A stretch of 64,000 nt of DNA from contig JBJHCF010000007.1 of assembly GCA_050506795.1 (NCBI GenBank), forward strand, positions 64,001 through 128,000, given 5' to 3'. The notes beneath the pieces were generated by a model that searched no databases, was not told the DNA's origin, and saw only the letters and a program-made list of their open reading frames with translations. The position numbers and the translations under genes were made by a program. Position 1 is the stretch's first letter. Each line of letters opens with the position of its first letter. Below are positions 57,580 to 64,000 of the stretch, in pieces. The DNA comes from Opitutia bacterium (lineage in GTDB: Bacteria > Verrucomicrobiota > Verrucomicrobiia > Opitutales > T3Sed10-336).

Positions 57580-59721
57580 ATGAAGCAGAAACACACCACC
57601 CTCATCGAAGAAATGGGCATCACGCTAGGCACCGGCACCATGGCGAAACAAGCCAACGGCTCGGTCACCATCGCCCTGGGAGAAACCACCGTTTTCGTCG
57701 CGGCCACCGTCGCCAACTCCCTCCGACCGGGCCAGGACTTTTTCCCCCTGACCGTGGACTATCGCGAGAAGTTTGCCGCCGCCGGCCGTTTTCCCGGAGG
57801 CTACTTCAAGCGCGAAGGTCGCCCTTCGGAAAAGGAGATTCTCACCTGCCGCCTGACGGACCGTCCTTTGCGTCCGCTCTTTCCCAAAGGCTTCCTCAAT
57901 GAGGTCCAGGTCGCCGGCATGCTGCTGTCCACGGACGGCGAGAACGAGCCCGACATCCTTATGATCAACGGCGCCTCGGCCGCCCTCGCGATTTCCGACA
58001 TTCCCTGGGACGGCCCCATCGCCGCCCTTCGTCTGGGTGAGATCAATGGCGAGTTCGTGGTCAATCCCACCATCGAGCAACAGTACGATTCCAATCTCGA
58101 CCTGATTTACGTCGGCACCGAAAACGAAATGCTCATGATCGAGGGCAGCGCCGATCAGTTGCCCGAAGAGCGCTTCGTGGAAGCCCTGGAGTACGCCCAG
58201 GAGGCCATTCAGCCGATGATCCGCGCCATCAAGGACCTGGCCGCCACCGCCGGCCGGCCCAAACGGGAATTCGACCTGGTCGCGGCCAAGCCTGAAGTCC
58301 TGGATATCGTTCGTCGCGAGGCTCCGGCCAAACTGGCGGAAGCCGTCTTTCACGACAACCGCCGGGAACGCGAGCAGGCCGTTTCGGTGGTCATCGAGGA
58401 AACCACCGCCACCATCGTCAAGGAGCTGGGTGAGGACGGTTTCGAAGAGCACGACATCGCCATCGCCTTCGAAGAGATCCAGGAAGAAGTCTATCGCAGC
58501 AATATTCTCGAGCACGGCAAAAGAGTCGACGGACGCGGCCCGCTCGATCTTCGCGCCATCAGTGCCGACGTCGGCCTGCTGCCCCGCGTTCACGGTTCGG
58601 CCCTGTTCAATCGCGGAGAAACCCAGGCCCTCTGCATCACGACCCTGGCCGCGGCGCGCGAGTCACAAAGCCTCGACGCCCTTACCGGCGGCGCGAGCAC
58701 CAAGTCCTTCATCCTGCACTACAACTTCCCCCACTATTCGGTTGGTGAGACCGGGCGGATGATGGGTCCGGGTCGACGTGAGATCGGGCACGGCGCCCTG
58801 GCCGAGCGCTCTTTGCTCGCGGTTATTCCGGCGGAAGACATCTTCCCCTACTCCATTCGCATCACTTCCGAGGTCATGGAGTCCAACGGATCGACCTCCA
58901 TGGCGTCAATCTGCGGCGGCTGCCTGTCCCTGATGGATGCCGGGGTTCCGATCATCGCCCCGGTCGCCGGCATCTCGGTCGGACTGGTCAGCGCCCGGAA
59001 CTCCGCGGGCGAGATTGACAACTATAAGACCCTGACCGACATCCTCGGCGCCGAGGATCATTTCGGCGACATGGATTTCAAACTCGCCGGCACCAGCGAG
59101 GGAATCACCGGGTTCCAGCTCGACCTGAAGATTCGCGGGCTTCCCATGAAAATCGCCCGGGAAGCGGTCTTCCAGGCTCGCGACGCACGCCTTAAGATTC
59201 TGAATGCCATGCTGGAAACGCTCCCCGAGCCGCGCCCGGAAATGAACCTCTACGCGCCTCGCATCACCACCATTCAGATCGATCCGGAAAAGATCGGCGC
59301 CCTCATCGGTCCGGGCGGCAAGAACATCCGCCGCATCACCGAGTTGTCCGGCGCCACGATCGACATCGCCGACGACAACAGCGGCAAGGTTATGGTTTAC
59401 AGCAACAACAAAGATGCCATGGACAAAGCCGTCGCCGAAGTCGAATTGATCTCCGCCGAAATCGTTCCCGACAAGATCTACCGCGGTGTCGTGCGCAGTA
59501 TCAAGGAATTCGGCTGTTTTGTCGAAGTCCTTCCCGGCAAGGAAGGCCTGGTTCATATTTCCGAATTGGCCGACTTCCGCGTCAAGAATACCGAAGACGT
59601 GGCTAAACTCGGTGACGAAATGTGGGTCAAATGCATCGGCATCGACGAACGCGGTCGCGTCCGTCTAAGCCGCAAAGCAGCCCTCGCCGAAATGGAAGAG
59701 GCCTCGGCATCGGATTCCTGA
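57580..59721 (+). CDS. pnp: Polyribonucleotide nucleotidyltransferase
   Basis: [35 protein letters not shown] and S1 domains. Confidence 0.98.
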   Translation: MKQKHTTLIEEMGITLGTGTMAKQANGSVTIALGETTVFVAATVANSLRPGQDFFPLTVDYREKFAAAGRFPGGYFKREGRPSEKEILTCRLTDRPLRPLFPKGFLNEVQVAGMLLSTDGENEPDILMINGASAALAISDIPWDGPIAALRLGEINGEFVVNPTIEQQYDSNLDLIYVGTENEMLMIEGSADQLPEERFVEALEYAQEAIQPMIRAIKDLAATAGRPKREFDLVAAKPEVLDIVRREAPAKLAEAVFHDNRREREQAVSVVIEETTATIVKELGEDGFEEHDIAIAFEEIQEEVYRSNILEHGKRVDGRGPLDLRAISADVGLLPRVHGSALFNRGETQALCITTLAAARESQSLDALTGGASTKSFILHYNFPHYSVGETGRMMGPGRREIGHGALAERSLLAVIPAEDIFPYSIRITSEVMESNGSTSMASICGGCLSLMDAGVPIIAPVAGISVGLVSARNSAGEIDNYKTLTDILGAEDHFGDMDFKLAGTSEGITGFQLDLKIRGLPMKIAREAVFQARDARLKILNAMLETLPEPRPEMNLYAPRITTIQIDPEKIGALIGPGGKNIRRITELSGATIDIADDNSGKVMVYSNNKDAMDKAVAEVELISAEIVPDKIYRGVVRSIKEFGCFVEVLPGKEGLVHISELADFRVKNTEDVAKLGDEMWVKCIGIDERGRVRLSRKAALAEMEEASASDS

Positions 59722-59760
59722 GCCTACGCCAGGACAAACAAGGGCTCCTCACTATTCACA

Positions 59761-59796
59761 AAAAAAGCGGTCGGCGTTTAGCCGACCGCTTTTTTT
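59761..59796. terminator. Bidirectional intrinsic terminator
   Basis: aaaaaagcggtcggc-gttta-gccgaccgcttttttt between convergent genes. Confidence 0.9.
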
Positions 59797-59904
59797 GTGT
59801 CACGGGAAAACCGTTCTTCCACAAGCATGCCCTTCCCGGCAATGGGAAACGAACGTTGTTCGTGCGCTAACAACTTTTGATAGCACGGCTTACGAACGCC
59901 CAAC

Positions 59905-61509
59905 CTACATCCTTCGGTACATGGGGCCGTCGCCGCCCTCGGGGAGTTTCCAATGGACGTTCTGGTAGGGGCATTTCGCGCGGCAGGTCTGACAATGGAG
60001 ACAGTTGGTGGGGCTGAGCACCAATTGACCATTAACGGCCCGATACACTTCACCGGGACAGAATGCCTCGCAGGGGTACAGACCGAACCGGGCACGGCAG
60101 TCGTCACACAGTGAGGTATTCAAGATATCGATATGCGAAGGCGCTTCCTCGCGGTGATGGGTCCCGGAGAAAGCGACGTCGGTCAGGCGGTCGACACCCT
60201 TCACTTTATCCTCCTTGCCGGCCAAAGGACGCAACCCATCGTGATCCGCCCGATTGTGAAGGCGCGGAAGCCACCCCTGAACGAGGCTCAAAGGCATACC
60301 GAAAAGTGGCCCCGCTTTCGAGAACACCTGCCGGTAGTTGCGGGCGGCTGCCAGATCCTTCATTACAAAACTCTTCGCCAGCCGTCGCTCATAGCCCTTC
60401 AATTGCTCCGCGGAATACGAACCTTCCACCAGGGCATCGAAAATAGCTTCCGCGGCGAGCATTCCGGATTTGATGGCGTAGTGAAGACCTTTAAGCTTGG
60501 CGACGTTGGTCAGGCCGGCGTCGTCACCGATAATCATCGCACCATTCGCGACCAACTCGGGCACGGCGTAGTACCCGCCTTCCGGAAGGGTTTTCGCACC
60601 ATACTCAATCACCTTGCCCCCTTTTAACCATTTGCGCACCAGGGCGTGTGACTTGAATACCTGTAACTCATGCTGCGGATTGAGGTTCGCGCGGGGCCAA
60701 TCGAGGCCCAGCACCAGCGCCACCGCGACGAGGTTCTCCTCCATGCTGTAAAGCGTGCCACCGCCAAAAGTGCCGACGTTGGGAAAGCCGGTGGTGTGGA
60801 CCGCCCGGTTGGGTCCGAAGTCATTACCTTCGGGCAGACGAATAATCTCCTTCACTCCAAGCGACACCATCGATTGGTTTCTTCCCCGATCGAGCTCGAA
60901 TCTCCCGATCAACTGCCTCCCCAGCGGACCCAGCGATCCCTCGCCCAGCACCGTAATCCCGGCATTGATCGTCTCGCCGGGTGAATGGTTCGATTGCGGC
61001 TGCCCACGCTGGTCCAGCCCACGGTCGACCAAACGAACGCCCTTTACCCAATCACCCTTTACGATCAACTTTCCCGCCGCGAATCCCGGATAAACTTCCA
61101 CTCCGACTTCCCCGGCGATTGACGCCATCCAACGGGCCATTTCGCTGAGCGAAACCATCAGATTTCCGTCGTGACGCATCGTTTGGGGAACCAGACGATG
61201 CGGAATTCGGACGCCGGAATCGCGACTGTACAAATAATAGAGCTCGTCCCGCTCAACACGGTTGGCCAGAGCATTAACCACAAACCTGTCTCGACGCTCC
61301 CGCCAACCGGGAAGCAAGTCGTCCAGAACCTCCGCCTCGAAAATCGCCCCGGAGAGACAGTGATGACCGATGCGGCCCCCCTTCTCGATCACCACGACGG
61401 ACTCCGTTCGGCCCGCCTGATTGAGAAGCTGCTTGAGCCGGATCGCCCCCGCCAGACTGGCCGGGCCGGCGCCGACAAAAAGCACGTCAACCTGTTCTTC
61501 CGTTTTCAT
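59905..61509 (-). CDS. ETF:quinone oxidoreductase-like (FixC + C-terminal FixX-type 4Fe-4S)
   Basis: VGAGPAS, LSGAIFE, GAKTLPEGG, KGLHYAIKSG, CPGEVY...NCLHCQTC...W.LPEGGDGP.Y. Confidence 0.9.
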   Translation of the reverse strand: MKTEEQVDVLFVGAGPASLAGAIRLKQLLNQAGRTESVVVIEKGGRIGHHCLSGAIFEAEVLDDLLPGWRERRDRFVVNALANRVERDELYYLYSRDSGVRIPHRLVPQTMRHDGNLMVSLSEMARWMASIAGEVGVEVYPGFAAGKLIVKGDWVKGVRLVDRGLDQRGQPQSNHSPGETINAGITVLGEGSLGPLGRQLIGRFELDRGRNQSMVSLGVKEIIRLPEGNDFGPNRAVHTTGFPNVGTFGGGTLYSMEENLVAVALVLGLDWPRANLNPQHELQVFKSHALVRKWLKGGKVIEYGAKTLPEGGYYAVPELVANGAMIIGDDAGLTNVAKLKGLHYAIKSGMLAAEAIFDALVEGSYSAEQLKGYERRLAKSFVMKDLAAARNYRQVFSKAGPLFGMPLSLVQGWLPRLHNRADHDGLRPLAGKEDKVKGVDRLTDVAFSGTHHREEAPSHIDILNTSLCDDCRARFGLYPCEAFCPGEVYRAVNGQLVLSPTNCLHCQTCRAKCPYQNVHWKLPEGGDGPMYRRM

Positions 61510-63422
61510 GACTGCGCTTCCTTTCTCCAGGCGTCCAGCAACCGCACGAGTTCCGGAATCACGGTTTCGACCTCTCCAACCACGCCATAATCACAAGCCT
61601 GAAAGATAGGCGCGTCTGCATCTTTGTTGACCGCCAAAACAACACCCGCCCCTTCGAATCCGGTGATGTGTTGCAGCGCCCCGGAGATTCCAAGGGCCAC
61701 GTAGAGCTTCGGCGCCACCGTCTGACCGGTTTGACCCACCTGTCGGTCCCTCTCCGCGAATCCCGATTCCACCGCCGGACGCGAGGCCGCGGTTTGAGCC
61801 GACTGACCGAAAAATCGCTCCAATGCCCGCGCCAAACCGCTCGAGTGGCGCTCATACCCTTCCTTCGATCCGCAACCAAGCCCTCCCGCCACAATAATGG
61901 GAGTGTTTGCCAGTCCGGCATTCGCCGACGCCAATTGAATGGAAACCACCCGCACCCCGGGATCGGATCCGTTCAGATCGGGAACGCACCGGAAAACCTC
62001 TCCCTGCCGCATCGGATCGCGTTCGAGGGCTCGAAAGACGCCCGGACGCGCGGTGGACATTTGCACCCGCGAATTCTGGCTGACAATACATGCCATAATG
62101 TTGCCCCCCAGCGCCGGACGGGTCTGCTGGAGGATTCCGATTCGTCTGGTTTTCCCGCGTATCAGATCCCCCAATACAAGACCCGTACAATCGGCGGTAA
62201 GACCGGATTCGCTGGCATAGGCGACCCGCGGAGCGAGTTCGCGTCCCAGCGGTGTCGCGCTAAAGAGAAATATCTGTGGATTCCATTCCTGAATCAGTTG
62301 AACCACGGCCCGGACATAAGGGCCGGGCACAAAATGGCTCAGAGATGAATGCGCCAGGAGGAAGACCTTGTCGGCCCCATGGGCAATGAGATCCGCGGCC
62401 AGATCGTCGGGACACTCACCCGCCACCACCGCGCCGACAGATTCGTTCAGGGGCGCAGCCAGATCGCGTGCTTTCCCGAGAAGTTCATAGGACGCCGGGT
62501 GGAGGCTGCCCTTTTCATGTTCCGCGTAAACCCATATGTCGCCGCGGTACTCCGGGGCCTCACCTTGCGGCAATTGATACGATTCGCCCGCTACCCGTTC
62601 TTTCCCGTTCCCGTCGGAACGCCCGAACGAAGTTTTCAAAAGGTTGGGCAGTTCCCTGAGATCGGCCACCTTGCGACATTTGCGATGGCCTGTTTCAGTG
62701 GCGGGAAATATCTTAACCACGGAAGTCCGCGAGCCGGGCAGTCCGATGCGCTCCCGCTCGGCGCCAATCAATTCGGCATCCCATTTTTGAATATCCTGGG
62801 CAAACGCCCATCGGGTTCCCTCGAATGAAGGGTATGGCGGCAAACTCCACTGGGTAACGGTAACCAGACAGGGGAATCGGGTGGGTGCCAGGGTTTCAAC
62901 ACCCCCCCAAACCAACCGGCGGAAACTCAGACCGCCTTCCTCCTCGATGGCATGTCCGTCGGCATAGGCAATATGCGCGATACCAAGATCCTCAGCCACC
63001 TGAGGCGGCACCTGGGCCGTATCTCCGTCAACCGACTGCATACCGGTGACTATCAGGTAATTCGTATCGTCACCGAAGATCTCCGTCTGGATCTTGCGAA
63101 TCGCCCTTGCCAGAGGATAAGCGGTGGCCGCGGTATCCGCACCCCCGAGCCGTCGATCGGTGAGGAGAATTCCATGGTCCGCCCCCAGAGACAAGGCATA
63201 GCGCAAGACCTCGTCCGCGAACGGAGGCCCCATGGTCAACGCAACAATTAGCCCCGGTTGTTGTTCGCGGATCCTCAGAGCCATCGCCAGGGCCTGCTTG
63301 TCCAGATCGTTGCAGACATTCTCCAACAAGGCGCGCCTAAGTGTTCCCGACTCCCAATCCCAGGCGTCCTGTGGAATATGTTTGGTATCGGGAACCTGTT
63401 TGACCAAGACGACGAAGTTCAT
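61506..63422 (-). CDS. Fused electron transfer flavoprotein beta/alpha subunits
   Basis: N-terminal VKQVPDT, GGADTAAT, DGDTAQV (EtfB); C-terminal GLTADCT, QVGQTG.TVAPKLY, GISGALQH (EtfA). Confidence 0.92.
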   Translation of the reverse strand: MNFVVLVKQVPDTKHIPQDAWDWESGTLRRALLENVCNDLDKQALAMALRIREQQPGLIVALTMGPPFADEVLRYALSLGADHGILLTDRRLGGADTAATAYPLARAIRKIQTEIFGDDTNYLIVTGMQSVDGDTAQVPPQVAEDLGIAHIAYADGHAIEEEGGLSFRRLVWGGVETLAPTRFPCLVTVTQWSLPPYPSFEGTRWAFAQDIQKWDAELIGAERERIGLPGSRTSVVKIFPATETGHRKCRKVADLRELPNLLKTSFGRSDGNGKERVAGESYQLPQGEAPEYRGDIWVYAEHEKGSLHPASYELLGKARDLAAPLNESVGAVVAGECPDDLAADLIAHGADKVFLLAHSSLSHFVPGPYVRAVVQLIQEWNPQIFLFSATPLGRELAPRVAYASESGLTADCTGLVLGDLIRGKTRRIGILQQTRPALGGNIMACIVSQNSRVQMSTARPGVFRALERDPMRQGEVFRCVPDLNGSDPGVRVVSIQLASANAGLANTPIIVAGGLGCGSKEGYERHSSGLARALERFFGQSAQTAASRPAVESGFAERDRQVGQTGQTVAPKLYVALGISGALQHITGFEGAGVVLAVNKDADAPIFQACDYGVVGEVETVIPELVRLLDAWRKEAQS

Positions 63423-64000
63423 GCTTACCCTATGCAGATAAATCGGAGGTCAGCTCCTTTTGTTTGACCCTAAAGCCTTGCGGAATTCCCGATGGCCCAC
63501 ACACCTTGCAAAATACTGCGGACGCGATTTCCCATTACCACTATAGACCATTGGCAAGATCCTTGTCCGGGCACCGTTTGCAAAATTCACCGCATACCTT
63601 GTCGCAAACATCCTCATTCCGTCGCCCCAGTCTACTGGAGCGACCGGCTTGGCAGCGCCGCGTTCCCCGATACCACGGTTGCCCCTTGCCGGAATCACGG
63701 ATCAGAGTCCGATCAGTGAATTGTTGTATCAGGGGAAAACTTTCATGATAAGATGGAGGAGTCCCGACGAACAGCTTGATCCAGACAGACTAATATGCAG
63801 GCCTGCGGCATCTAATATCGGCCGAACCCAAGTTCATTTTTATGGGCTCACCGAACCCATCCTGCTATACTGTAAACAATCCGAGTTTCTCAGTTTTATA
63901 TGATTCCAAGCGATCTACCTCACCGTAGTTGATTAACGTTAAAGGCGGGAGGTGACCAATCAAACCGTCCTTGACGGAATTTCGAAGGAAATACTGAAAC

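Overview
GC-rich bacterial chromosomal segment, probably Verrucomicrobiota (Opitutales/Puniceicoccaceae-like; inferred from gene content, not a database match). It is mostly housekeeping: sufCBD-sufT, rpsR, an EPS export cluster (wzc, wza, OM beta-barrel, Ala-rich secreted protein), trhO-arfB-cmk-plsC-trkAH, nifJ plus a DHOD-like gene, vapBC, tRNA-Gly(CCC), TPR/ExbB cluster, smc-opcA-zwf-yraN, tRNA-Ala(CGC), pyrRBC, two hsp20 genes, glyQS, an orphan parA operon, tsaB, tig-clpP-clpX, rpsO-pnp, and a fused EtfBA with ETF-QO/FixCX. The most unusual signals are intergenic. (i) A GxxExxY nuclease-family gene is bracketed by 30-bp inverted repeats, and two gene-less hairpins of the same architecture occur elsewhere. 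(ii) A ~70-bp hairpin+AT-tail element is present in three dispersed copies. (iii) A GIY-YIG gene at the tRNA-Ala 3' end is embedded in repeated GCCTTCGCTC motifs. (iv) A ~125-nt rod-like ncRNA candidate (6S-like) and a possible sigma54-driven sRNA flank rpsR. No CRISPR array, intact transposase or prophage was seen. Product calls come from motif recognition only.
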